The notes below the pieces were generated by a model that did not search any database, was not told where the DNA came from, and saw only the letters and a program-made list of their open reading frames with translations. This document shows positions 22,896 through 35,256 of a DNA stretch of 64,000 nucleotides, in pieces; the stretch's first letter is position 1, and each line of letters begins with the position of its first letter. The position numbers and the translations under genes were made by a program. Source of the stretch: a virus; the IMG/VR virus record IMGVR_UViG_3300045988_162176, positions 128,001 to 192,000 of that record; one strand, 5' to 3'.

Positions 22896-25800
22896 AGCCG
22901 CCGCCATATCAACCGCAGTTAATTTATCAACAACTTCTCCCACTTCATCAACAGAAAGTTTCCAACCTTTAAGAACAGAAATTAAATATTCCGTAGCTTT
23001 GGCGGAATCAATCATACCAAGAACGCTAAGATTCATGGAATTTTCAACAAGCTGAGAAGCTTCTTGTCCTTCGTAACCAGCACGAAGCCAATCGTTAGCT
23101 GCCGTGGCAACTTCTTCTGTACTCTTACCAACTTTACGAGCTAATGTATTAAAATCAAGCATCATGCTTTGAATCTCTTTATAGCTGTAACCACTTGCAA
23201 TCTGCAAGTCAACCATTACTGCATTAAGAGACTTAGCACTATTCATGATTTGATTAAACATATTTCTAACAGTCATTGCCAATTGATTAGCAATAACATC
23301 AATACTTACTAATCTTGCAAAACTGTTAGTAAACGTCTTTCCTATAGTTTCAAGAACACCTTTTTGCTCTCTATAAGTAGCATTAATTTTAGTAAGCTTA
23401 ACTTGATGTTGAGCTTGCAAATTAGCTTCCTGTTGTTCGAGCTTATTAATGGCTTCTTGACTATAGCCCATTTCTTTAAGTTCTTTAACTCTTTCTGCAT
23501 ATACAGTACCCTATTGCTTTAACAAATTCAATTGTTCACTTAAAGCGGTACGAATATTTTCCTGCTCAAGTTTTTCATATCCTGAAGAATTACTGACTTT
23601 TAAATCTGTTCTTTGAATCTCTTCTTGCAACTTCATCTGTTGCTTAAGATTATTAAGATAATCCTTAATATCTTTATTACCTTGAGAATTTTGGAAACCT
23701 GTATTCCTGTTCATTCTATCAGTAATAAATTGAGGTCTATTATTTAATTTTTCACCATTCTGATAGTAACCAGTGGTAGCAAATTGAGATTCAGCAAGAA
23801 TTTTATCCTGTTGAATACCTTGTCCTTTAGAGCCTCTTTCAAGACCTTCGGCAACAGTTGCCATAGAAGCAGCTTTACCCTTAGTTGTTTCAACAAAAGA
23901 TTGACCATCCTTTGTAAAGCTTCTAATAATTTGCACGAAAGAACGAGCAAAAGCTTCAACACGAGCTTCACCATCTTCAATAATAGCAGAAATATCTCCC
24001 GCCCCAGAGTCTTTATCAAAGCCTTCGAATCCGAGTTCAGCAACTCTTGTCTTCAAATCACTTGATAAACTATCAAAAGATTTACCTTCAGATTGAGCTT
24101 GCTTTAATTTTTCAACAACCTGACTGTATTCAGATTCAGCCATCCTAAGATAAGTACTTGCTTGTAAAACACGAGCGGCACGCATCCGTGGGTCATCTTC
24201 TCCACCACTGTTAGAGAATTTCCAGTCTGCAACAGTTACATCTGCGTATTTACCATTAACTTTTTGACCAAAAGTCAAAGCATCCGCAGTACCAGCAAAA
24301 GCACGATTACCAATAACTCCACCAAGCTTAAGCTCTTTGAGTGTGGAACTATTTAACGCACCAGATGTTCTTGCAGCATTAACAACATCACGGGCTCTAC
24401 CCTGTTGGCGTTGCAAATCTTCCGCTGTTACAGATAAACCAGCGCCTCCAAGTTGAGGCGATTTTCTAACTTCATCTATTAATTGCTCCATTAACTCATC
24501 AGTCATATTGTCGATGTTTTCAACAATAGCATGAGCAAATGTACCCAACGCAGAAGCTTTATTACCAGATTGAGTAGTATTCGGGAATTTACTGTAATCT
24601 TCATAAGGCGCAGTTGTCACTTGAGTAACAGACCTAAGATTTCCGCCCTCAGAAGAATAAGTCTTATCACCGACCTTCATAGTTCTGGAATGACCTTCAC
24701 CAAGTTCACTCACAACATCAGCCGCAATAAATTTAGCCCATTCGCCACTTGCGTCTTTCAAATTAGCCGCTTTATCAATAGAATTAGTCTGAGAAGCTGT
24801 TTGATTTGCTTGAGCAACAGGAGCATTTGCTTTTACTTCAGTAGCACCATTTACATCAATGTTACCAGTATTAACAATAACTTTACCATTCTGAGCATTA
24901 ACAACAACATTACCCTTAGCATTAATAACAGAACCTTCAACAGTTTCTTCTGTGCCATCTTCAGAAACTCTTACCCATTCGCCATTGTCATTAAGATAAG
25001 TCTTATCTTTTCTTAATTCACCATTAAAGGTGCGATAAGGGTCTAATGCTTTAGAATAATTAGTGGCGTCCTTAAGAGAAAGACCCATTGGTTTAAGATA
25101 AGCTTCAAAACTATTAAACGCTTCAATAAGATTTTCCATGGTCGCGCCCTTAAAGGATGCAAATTTACCATTCTCATCAACGGTAGCAATTCCCATCTTT
25201 GTAAGAGCATCAATCTAAGCTTTATCTCCACTTGCAATTATTTGAGAAGCAACAGTTTCAAACTGCTTACCGTCCATTATACTGCCAAGAACATTAAGGT
25301 CTTTAGCAATACTTAAGAAGCCCTTTTGGTCATCAGTATCAGCAAAACGTCCTTCATGAATTGCACTAACCAAATCTTTAACAGCTAATAAAGCTTGGTC
25401 TTCACTCATTCCTTCTTTGCCGATTAATCTTGCGTAAATCTTTTTAGAAGAAATCGCATCCTGTTCAAAAGATTCCATGGTGGCTCTAATAATAGCAGAT
25501 TGCACAGCAGAAGTTGCACCATTATTGTCGGCAAACCCTGTTTTGTACATAGCTTCTCTTGCTTTAGTGTCAGCATCAGAGAACAATCCGACGTTTTGGA
25601 ATGCCATTTTAGCCTGTTCAGATGCATCTTTATTTATCCATTTCTTAGATAAATTTTTAGCAATCGTATTCCAGCTATCATCTATATCGACTTTTTTATT
25701 TTGAGCTTTTTGCTTTTGAATCTGATTCATAATACTTGCAACAGTATCATTGTATTTTAAGATATAATCCTCTGCAAGTTTTTCATCTTCACCATATTGT

Positions 25801-28800
25801 TCATATACCTTAAGAGCCATGCGGAATTTATCACCGTCAAAGTCTCCTCGGAACAATTCAGCCAAACCAGCACTAACTCTAATTGTATCGCCAGCAGATT
25901 CGTCCAAACCAAGTCTTGCAGTATATCCTTCCATACCTTGAGTATAAGGATAACGACCCACTTCTGTAGTAAAAGTGTTATTGCCGCTCTTTATCTCACC
26001 AATAATAGCGCCAATAATTTCTTCTTCAAATTGATTTATTTCATCTTCCGAAAGTTTATTGGTAAACTTTCCATCTTCAAACCGAGGTCTTAAAGACATC
26101 GAAGTAATAACTCTTTGTCCACTCTCTTTAATAGATTTTGCTCTTAAAGTAGAAAAGAGTCTGTTAATATTTTCAAGCCTGTCTTGTTTAGTAGCGGAAG
26201 ATGTACTGCTCATTAATTCTCTTAAACGCTTAGAAGAAATATAAACCGTATTAGCTTGTTCATCTGTTAAATCAGCCAACTTAGAAGTACCCGCCGCAAC
26301 AGAGAAAGCAGAATAAGGTACATAATTATGAGTAGCTTGTTTTACCAACTCGGAATCTTTTGTATTGCCAAGTTTATGATAAACATCAGCCGCATATTGC
26401 TTTGCTTTCTCAAAAGCTTCTTGGGATTCTGTAGCAGCTTGCAGTAATGCAGAGTTAGCACTATCAATAGCGCCAGAATAATATTCTCCATCAGGAGACA
26501 TTGCTGCACCAGCATCTCCAAGCAAATATTTCTTTCCACCAATGGCAGAATCAGAAAGATTTAATACAATATTACCACGAGCATAAGCTTCACCTTCAGA
26601 CCCTTCTAAAGCAGAAAGTTCTTTTTGAAGTTGACGTGCTCTTTCCATAGCGAAGTTTTGGTATTCCTCCGCACTTATCTTACCAGAATGTCTTAAAGCA
26701 TTGATGTCAGTAAGAATATCAGAATAAACCTAATCACCAGCTTGAAGAACTACTTGACCATCTTGAACTCTAAATTCAACATCTTTTGTTCCTTTGGCAG
26801 TGGTATAATCTGTAACATTATTAAGAGATTTGTTAGCTGCAATTAAATTCTTGCGAACTTTTTGAGCCTCCAAACCTTTTTTGCCATATGTATTATCTTG
26901 TTTTTCTTGTTGAGCTTTTAAGCTCTTCAAACCAGCAATAACTTTTTCTCTATCTTTAAGATTACTTTGACCAGCAGCAGATTTAGTAATATAATCTAAA
27001 CTTCTTTGTCTTGCATTTCTTACTTTCCAGTCATCAGTAACACGTCCATCTCTTTCAAGTGTATTTGCACTACCATAACCAGAAGCATTAGAATAAGGAT
27101 AAATATTGTGCTGTCCAATGCCAAGAGAAGCTAATCCTTTAATAGAATCATATATTGCCTATGCTTCAAAAGCACTCTTACCAATCCGTTTAAAGATTGC
27201 CAATGCAGATTGTTCGATTCCCTTAAAAGAAGCTAACGTTTCCTCTGGATTAGCAAAAACATCTTCGCCTCGCTTGTTTGTAACAACACCATTTTTCTCA
27301 TCGGTAATATCAACAAGTAATTTCTTTTCTTCTCCATTCTCTCCCGTTACAGTTTGAATTTCAAACATCTTCTAAAGGAGAGGAGGTAAATTACTATAAA
27401 TGTTTTCAAGAGAAGAGCCTTGTTCCAAAGCCTTATCAATAATGGTGTTTATTTGACCCATGAACTCAGAATAATAATTACGTTCTTTTACATCATCATT
27501 CAGCAAAGTCAAATAATCAGCATCAGCAATAGCATTCTTACCTCTTGCAGCCCAAAACTGTTTAACAAAATCAGCTTTACTTACTCCATGTTGTTTTTCT
27601 GCATCAGCAGTTAAACGTCTACCACCTTCATCAACAAGCTTTACACCTTGTTCAACTTGTCTAAGTCTGTCAACCAGTAATTTCCAACCGTTATCAGTTT
27701 TCTCAAGACCAACCAGTAAATCCCCCTCATTTACAGAGAAATCTTTAGAGAACATCTTAAACTGGTCTTTGCCAACTGTTTGATTAATATCAATAACTGA
27801 ACCAGTTTGATAATCGCCAGAAGCAAGACTATCAATATCTACACCAAACTGATTTAAGAAATCTAAAACAATATCTTCAGTATTGGTAGCCTTAGACACA
27901 TTCCTTTGAATACTTTCAGTTTCAGCAATAATCTTGTCTGTAACTAAAGCAACATCGGTCATATCTTTCAACATAGAATCTATTCTATGTGTATAATCTT
28001 TATCGCTTTCACCAGCCATTTGAGGATTGAAAGATTGATAGTACGCTCTTTCAGCTTCATCAAATTCTTTTTGAGTTAAACCATAACTCTTATATCTCTT
28101 ATGTGTGATATCTGTTCTATCAATACCAGCATCCAAAGCTTGCTGAGTAGTAGTAACAACTTGACTCATGGCATCAGAAGATGCTTCTCTACTTGCAAGA
28201 GCTTTTTCAGATAATCTTAAAGTATCAAAAGCCTGAGATAAACTTCTTTGAGTTGCGTCTATACCTTGACCAAAAGGAACATATTGTCTTGAAGATACGG
28301 TGTAATTTTTACCAAGAGCAAATTTACCCTCGGATTCACCAGTATAATCGCTTGGCATCGCCGCACCAATTTCTTTAGCCGCTTTTCTATAATATTTAAA
28401 AGCATCACTGGTCATAATGAATTTAACCAGTTCATCAGCTATAGTATCTGGGTCTAAATTTTCTTTCATAGCCAACGCCCAAGCATTAGCCATAGCGTCA
28501 GTTAATTCTTTACTTGGGTCAAAAGCATTGTAATTTGCTTTATACCCTTCGTTATTTCCTGTAAAATAGCCACTTAATGCCTCTTTAACATCTTTTTGAT
28601 TAAGAGTAGACTGAATTTCTCTAGCGATACTATATTGAGTAGAACGCATAGCTTCTAATTCGGTTAATTTACCAGAATAGCGAGTATTAGAATCTTGAAT
28701 GTCTTCTCTTGCTTCAGAACCCATCGTAACAGAAGATACTTTGTTAATAGCTCTGTTTGCCCCTGATTGCAAACGACGAGAAATTTGGTCGGAAGAATAT

Positions 28801-30302
28801 TTAGTAAAATCTGTATTTCTTAAAATAGAAGTCGCATCTTTAACCTGTAAAGTTTCTGCCGTTTCCATTACTTTGACACCCTTTACTTCAGGAGTGCCAT
28901 CTTCTTTCAATTTTCCAGTGGGGATAAATTCTGTTGCAACTTCAGCTTGATTGATTCTACCACCAGCAATTCTACCAGTTTCATCACCAACTGCAAAAGA
29001 TACTTTTATATTATTCTCTTTTTTCCAATCTGTTGATTTGTATTCTTTATCTAAAGGAATAAGCATAGCCTGAATTTCAGAACCATTTCTTCTAAAATAA
29101 ACAGAATAACCTTTCTTTTCTGCTTCTTCAACAAATGTTGCTAAGGCATCACGAGTAGTACCATATCCCTTATTACCGCCACCCGTAATATTAGATACAT
29201 CTTGTCCAGCTCTACTTTTTTGTCTGTTCCTATATTCAGCACCAGTTAATGAAGCTTTCGCTCCTTCGTTAAAGCCATTAATTAAAGCATCTAAACTCTT
29301 ATAGACTTCAACAGAATGACCTTGAATATTTTCTTTGTCAGAAGCAAAAGTACCACCAAAAGATTCAATTTGCTATTTTGACAAAGCTCCAGAAATTCCA
29401 CCAGAATTTTTAGCAATTAAATTAAAACTGCTTCTGTATTTTTCTGCCTCTTTTTTAGCTGTTTCTTCAGTAACATTCCTCTAAGTTTGAATAGATTTGG
29501 AAAGCTAATTAATTATAGCCTCCACTCCATCAAAAGTATCAAAATCTTTAGAAGAAATAGCTTTTACAAAATCAGCTTTAACCGCACTATTAACCATTGT
29601 TTTTGGAGTTGTTGGCATTTTAACTGTTTTGCTTTTTGTGGCTTTTGCAACAGTTGGCTTTTTTGTTCCTATGTTGGTAATCCCCTAATTCAAAGACAAA
29701 CCAACATCTACAGCCATTTTTTGAACAGCAGTAGCTAATTTGGCTTCTTCTTTAGAAGTATCAATAGGCGTAAAACCAGATTTCTTTTCTTGAAGTCTTT
29801 TTACTCTATATATAAGCTCTTGACCTCTTTCTTGTGCCTTTTGTGTCAAAGCTTGATAAATAAATTCATAAGCTTTCCTTTGCTCGTCTACACTTCCTTG
29901 AAAATTTTCAGCTTGTTTTATCATATCAATAGCCATATCAGCTTGCTAATTGATATAATCAATACCCTGTTGTTCTAACTATTGATTCTTAGCATCATTT
30001 ACAGCTATTTTCTTTTTGTTCTTGTTGTTTTGCCCTTGTCTACTAGCTTTTAAAGTCTCCGTAGACTTTTTCATATTAGAAATTTGTTGCTCTCTTTGAG
30101 CATTCAACATATCAATAACATCGTTAGTTTGAGTGCCATTATTAATTAGACGCTTAGTAGCTTCTTGGGCTTTCTTTGTATCTATAGCCTAACCAGTACT
30201 CTTACCTTTTTCATCCAAGCCATAAGTTTTTTTTATATCCGAATATGCTTTAGCTTGAATATCTTCTATTCTCTATTCTAAACTTTTCAGTAAATCTTCC
30301 AT
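22896..30302 (-). CDS. Giant tape-measure-like virion protein, exon 1 (2469 codons; includes DFDGD polymerase-like segment)
   Basis: ATG 30300-30302 follows a GGAGGA SD. Track ORFs 29685..29936, 27372..29066, 27159..27368, 26730..26930, 25215..26648, 23511..25196 and 22893..23471 all have ends congruent mod 3. The gaps contain only TAG. Confidence 0.7.
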
Positions 30303-30315
30303 GTATTATTCCTCC

Positions 30316-30966
30316 TTATTTTAATTGAATTCCATATTTTTTATAAATCATTGGCTTCAATTCAACCAAATACTATTTTTCATATTCTTGTTGAGCTCTA
30401 AAACGAGCTACTCTATAGGTTTCATCTATAGAAGGTAACGTACTTAAATCTATTCCTTGATTAATTGGATTAAAATTGTAATAATCCAATCTAACATCTG
30501 CAAGCACATCTTCTTGAGAATCTTCGTCCATTTTACCACCTGATGATAAAAAATCCTAATCGTCATCCTAAAAAAACTAATCAATAAATAATCCAGCAGC
30601 TTCGTCTTCACTTCTGAAATTCTTTACCGTGGATTCTGATACTGTATTTGGATTAAATTTTTTCTTTTCCCTATAGTTCTTATTGCTAAATTTGAACTTT
30701 GCCGTATTGTAGGTGCAATAAGGTGTAGCATCGCTATTTTGTCCAAAATACAAAGAAGACATTAAAGAATCTTCGTCATATAAATCTCCATAATAGTTAT
30801 CAAATACACTTTTAAACACACTTTTATATATTGCTGTATAACTATTTAACAATTCAATTTTAATTGCCATCACTCTACTTGGCAACATCTTTTTAGTTGC
30901 ATCTACAGTTTCTTTTATTTCTTTTTTTAATGCATTTGAAACTGCATTTGGTAACACTTGTTCCAT
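30316..30966 (-). CDS. Hypothetical protein upstream of the giant gene (tail chaperone candidate)
   Basis: Track ORF 30577..30966 ends in TAG and the frame continues through four TAGs to TAA 30316-30318 (..AAGLFID[TAG]FF[TAG]DDD[TAG]DFLSSGGK..ETYRVARFRAQQEYEK[TAG]YLVELK..). An AGGAGG SD is present. Confidence 0.45.
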
Positions 30967-31035
30967 ATATTAACCTCCTTATTTTATTTTAAAAGCTGCA
31001 CCAAAAAATGATGCAGCTTTATATTTCTTTTTATA

Positions 31036-31752
31036 TTAAGATTCTTTACTTTCCAGCTCCTTAGCACCTTCAGTATTAATTTTATCAATAACTGCCTTTT
31101 CAAGTGCGTTGGTAAGTTTTTTATTTTCTTCTGAAGTAGCTCCATAAAGCTCTTTAAGATGTTCAACCATTTCCTTGCTTTCTTTAAGAGCATCAATCAT
31201 CATTCTATTTTTATCAGCGACTTTCTGCAATTCCTTATAATCAAGATTTTCAAAAATATCACTAAAATTATTAAGATTGTTAAAATTAATAGCATCTCTT
31301 AACATCTCAACAAATTCATCATAATCCTTTTTGCAAAAACCTAAAATAAATTCAGAAAACAAAGGATACAACAAATCATAAGAAGTATAAGTACACAAAG
31401 ATTTTTCAGAAACATCTACCATTGCATACTGTCCAAGCAATACATCAAAGAACAAATGTCTCTTCATAATAATACTCTTAAGAGAAGCATCTTCAACATC
31501 TTCATTCTCAATAGTAAACACTAAAATCATAATGAGCTTCATCTTATCAAGAATTGGGAGATAACTTCTAATCGTCATCTTATCTCCAAGCTGACCAAAT
31601 TCTTCTGGGGTAATTTCACCGTCCAAGAACTTTTTCGTCTGTCGAATTAACTCAGAAACGGTAATTTTCTCAACTTTTTCCTCATTCTTCTGTTCATTTT
31701 CGGTCAATTTGACCTGTTTTTCACCAGATAAAAGTTTGTTTTCATCTGCCAT
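31036..31752 (-). CDS. Hypothetical protein (tail chaperone candidate by position)
   Basis: 238-aa track ORF with an AAGGAG SD, no TAG and a TAA stop. Confidence 0.4.
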   Translation of the reverse strand: MADENKLLSGEKQVKLTENEQKNEEKVEKITVSELIRQTKKFLDGEITPEEFGQLGDKMTIRSYLPILDKMKLIMILVFTIENEDVEDASLKSIIMKRHLFFDVLLGQYAMVDVSEKSLCTYTSYDLLYPLFSEFILGFCKKDYDEFVEMLRDAINFNNLNNFSDIFENLDYKELQKVADKNRMMIDALKESKEMVEHLKELYGATSEENKKLTNALEKAVIDKINTEGAKELESKES

Positions 31753-31767
31753 TTTTATTCTCTCCTT

Positions 31768-33267
31768 TTAATCCTTTTCCTTCTTTATTGGAAATTTACT
31801 TTTATTTTTAGGCTGTGATGGGTCATAACCTAAAATCGAATAATCTATTTCTTCTCCATTTTCGAGAAGATTTTTCAGCTATATTAAATCTGTCTAGGAC
31901 AAATCTCGCATCGGAATTATTTTGTAGCGATTTTGGAAAATACGATAATCTGAAAAAACAGAGGGATTATATTTTTCCCGCATTACTTTCTTCGCTAATT
32001 CTGACCTACTATGCCAACTCCACAAATACTATTCCTAAATTAAATCGTATAAGACAATAGGCACTTCTGGTACTGCACAACTTGCACAAGGTTGTCCATG
32101 ATTTATTTCAAAAAAGACGTTTTCCTTGCCATCTACATAGTAATAAAAGAATAAAGTTATTGGACACTTTGGCTCAAGTCTTTCTTTCTTCTCATATGAC
32201 CATAAATGATTTAATCGGTACAAGCTGTTATTTTTTATAGCTTCGTTTATAGTAGAAGTTTCTACCCCATATTCAACTGCTACAGCTCTATGATTTTCCC
32301 ATTCTCTCTAATATTCTCCATTTAAGGAGTATTGATAAACAGGAGGCAAATCCTTATCCTTTTTTACTACTGGATAATCAAAGAAAGTAATATCTTTTGT
32401 AAGATGTTTCCAATTTCTTTTGTTCTTTATATCATGAATGGCAGCTTTGTCCACCCCATATTTTTTAGCAAGAAGAGGAATAGAAGTCCCTATTTTTAAT
32501 TCTTCAATAATTTCTTTTACCTGAACTAAAGTTAATTTCGAAGAAGTACTATTTTCTCCTCTTGAGGATGTATCTCTTTCTTTTATATCACATTTTTCTC
32601 TAATTTTACTAAGCATGTACCGTTTATAAAAACGTAACGTTGTTCCCTTTTTTACCCCAACTTTGGCATCTATATCAATACAGCGCATTGGAGTGTTTAA
32701 TAATTCAATTATTTCTTTTAGCTATTCTACTGTAATATTAGTACGTTTTTCTAAAGTGTTCCATGTTACATCATTAAATCCTCCGTGGGCATGGTCAGCT
32801 TGATTAAAACCTGTATTTTTTCCTCTAGCCCCCAAAGTGTCAATATAATACTGCTCTCTTTTTTCAATATAAGATTTATTTTCGGCTATGCTTATTTCTG
32901 GTTGCCATTTATAAAATTCAATAATCTAAAAATCAAAATTGTTTAATCCATGCTTATTATAACAACGTTGCAAATGTGAATTAAAATGAATTCCTTTTTT
33001 TAAATCGTTTAAATGACGTTTTAGCCTTCTAATTAACCGACCATTGCTTCCAGTTGACCCAACGTATATTCTATTATCAGTCAAATCTGTAATTTTATAT
33101 ACCCCTTTAGCTTCTCTGTATATCTTAGCTAATTGTCTTGTTTCATCCTTTTTAGAAACAGAAGTAAAATCTTCTCTGATTATTTTATTCAAATGTTTGT
33201 TTAGTTCATTTAAATCATAATCTTCAAAATATTCTAAATCGTATTTAATTGAATTACTATTATCCAT
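31768..33267 (-). CDS. Free-standing GIY-YIG homing endonuclease with NUMOD1-like HTH repeats (~499 aa)
   Basis: Track ORFs 32926..33267, 32308..32688 and 32035..32223 share one frame joined by seven TAGs. The N-terminal part has GVYKITDLTDNRIYVGSTG..R..H..FDF[TAG]IIEF..EQYYIDTLG. The HTH-like parts are LLAKKYGVDKAAIHDIKN and AVAVEYGVETSTINEAIKN. TAA stop at 31768-31770. Confidence 0.7.
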
Positions 33268-33288
33268 CGTTTCAAATCTCCTTTATTT

Positions 33289-33483
33289 TCAAATCTTATT
33301 ATTATTATTATTATTATTATTATTCTTCCAAATAGATAAAGCTTTTCTCACTGCGTTGGTATTATCAAAACGAACATATAAATCACCCATCTTGCCTAAA
33401 CCAATGTCAAAAGAAAAATCTTGTGTCTCTTTAATAATAAATTTTGCTTGGGCGATATTGTAAATGTAATAACTATCGTTCAC
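33289..33483 (-). CDS. Small hypothetical protein with poly-Asn tail
   Basis: 64-aa track ORF with a GTG start after an AAAGGAG SD and a TGA stop. It ends ..SIWKNNNNNNNNNKI. Confidence 0.4.
   Translation of the reverse strand: MNDSYYIYNIAQAKFIIKETQDFSFDIGLGKMGDLYVRFDNTNAVRKALSIWKNNNNNNNNNKI
33298..33324 (-). repeat. (AAT)9 trinucleotide microsatellite inside a CDS
   Basis: Nine uninterrupted ATT units on the plus strand encode the nine Asn residues. Confidence 0.9.
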
Positions 33484-33518
33484 TTTTCAAATCTCCTTTT
33501 AATTCTTTAAATGTTATT

Positions 33519-34517
33519 TTATTGCAACTTAATACCAAAAAGGTCTTCAATATCTTTATTTTCATCCTAATTAGAGTATTTTAATGTTGTATCAGAATTT
33601 TCATGATGAGCTAAAACTTTAACTTTTTCAAGAGGGACTGACCCTAAATTAAGTTCTTTGCATAAATAATGAGTCCCCTTCAACAAATTGTCTATATAGC
33701 AATGTCTTAATGAATGACAAGTAAGCCCTCTATAGTCTTCTCCTGTTATTTCTGTTAATTCGTCTCCCCATTGTTTAATCCAATCATATATGTTATTTGC
33801 TGTCGCTGGTCGCCCCTCCGCATTAATAAATAAAGCTTCCACATTATCTGTTCTTGTAGCTTCATATTTCTTAAAAGCCTCTTTTGTTCTTGAGAAATAA
33901 ATCACTTTAAATTTTTTAGAACGTTTACCTACGACTACCGTATCGGTACAATTCTTATCATCGGCTATGTCAGTTCGCTTTACTTGTAAAACCTCATTTC
34001 GTCTTACACCAGAGTCATATAAAATTCCCAGTAAGGTTGCTTCTTTATATCTTTCTTCTTTCATTAACTTATCATACAACATTTTTATATGTTCATCAGA
34101 AACAAAAGTAATTTCTCTTACAGGATTCTTTGGAACACCCTTTATTTTCTCACTAGCATTTCTATCATAATCCTCATATAAATCATCATCATCTGAAGCC
34201 ATTTCTAACATCATATGAACAGCAGAAAGCATTCTATTACAACGAGCGGCGCTTAAATTCCACTCATCCTAACAATAAATCATGAATCTACGAAAATCTC
34301 TTTTATTCAAATCTAAAAAAGATTGATTGTCACAATTTTCCAAAACCCAAATTGCCACCCTACGCAAATCCGCAAAATACTATTTTTGAGTGCCTTCTGA
34401 CCTACGTTTTGCCTTACACTCGGTAATGAAATCAGTTATTAATTCTTTATTTTCTTTGTTTACTTGCTCCCATTTTTCAGGCGTGTAAATTTTATTATAA
34501 GGCTGTTTATATGCCAT
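33519..34517 (-). CDS. Tyrosine recombinase / integrase family protein
   Basis: ATG 34515-34517 overlaps the upstream TAA. Two in-frame TAGs lie in the N-terminal domain (..SEGTQK[TAG]YFADLRR.. and ..FMIYC[TAG]DEWNLSAARCNRMLSAV..). The catalytic region has ..TCHSLRHCY.. and LAHHENSDTTLKY. The track ORF ends in TAG at 33567 and the frame continues 15 codons to TAA 33519-33521. Confidence 0.7.
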
Positions 34518-35053
34518 TACTTAATTTCCTCCTTTCTAATATCTTCAAGCATTTTCTTTATATTATAAGTATAATGAGTCCTCTTTATTTTTTGCTCAAT
34601 TATAATTGCTCCATATTGAATACAATCTAATTTATTAATAGACTGTTTATCGTTCTCACATAGGAATCTACTAAAATTCTATATAGACAACCAGTAAGTT
34701 ACATTATTTGTAATATCTTCATCGTCTCTAAAGTTGAACAAAAATCCAGCAAATACACCTTCTTGTTGTGCAAACTTTACCAAACTATTAATCTGGTGAG
34801 CCTTAATCATCTTAGAAGTCTTATCTTTAATATCTCTCTATATAGTTAAAGATTTATAGCAAGTGCTTTTACACTCAATAGCAAATAAATTAGGAAACTC
34901 ATATACCAAAAAATCGCAAGGATTTTCAGGCTGAAATCTTGAAGTCTTTTCATGCTACCAAGATAAAGAAGTATCATGCAACCTTAATACAAACAGTTCA
35001 TCATTCTTAGCAGCCTCTTGAAAGTCTTTTTCGAAAGCTTTTCCTTTATTCAT
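34517..35053 (-). CDS. RecU-like Holliday-junction resolvase (PD-(D/E)XK)
   Basis: Not in the track because three in-frame TAGs split it. Hand translation is MNKGKAFEKDFQEAAKND..PCDFLVYEFPNLFAIECKST..AHQINSLVKF... ATG 35051-35053, TAA 34517-34519, 178 codons in frame. Confidence 0.5.
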
Positions 35054-35083
35054 CTTTCACCTCTTTTAAACCTTTTTTGGAAT

Positions 35084-35128
35084 GGGAAAAAAAGAGATAG
35101 CCCAACCTTACTTTAGTCAAGCTATCTC
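35084..35128 (-). terminator. Rho-independent terminator
   Basis: The GAGATAGC / GCTATCTC stem (35094-35101 and 35121-35128) is followed on the minus strand by TTTTTTT. Confidence 0.55.
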
Positions 35129-35256
35129 CTTTCCATGAACGTTGATTATCCAGTTCAATCATTCAAAACTTTTTTAAACCACAAACTTTAAGTAAGGGCA
35201 ATAATTTCTTCGGTTTTTTGTTACAGGTGCATCCGACAAACCCCTCTTAATTTCAA

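Noticed and set aside
24024-24032. TTCGAATCC, resembling a tRNA T-loop
   Set aside because: It is preceded by CC rather than GG, no acceptor, D or anticodon arms can be drawn around it, and it lies inside the continuous coding frame of the giant gene.
14714-30302. Possibility that the TAGs delimit about 15 separate genes rather than one giant gene
   Set aside because: All pieces keep a single frame for 14 kb apart from the intron-explained shift. None of the internal pieces has its own SD or plausible ATG start at its beginning, conserved motifs run across the TAGs, and no TAA or TGA occurs. Partial termination at some TAGs cannot be excluded from sequence alone.
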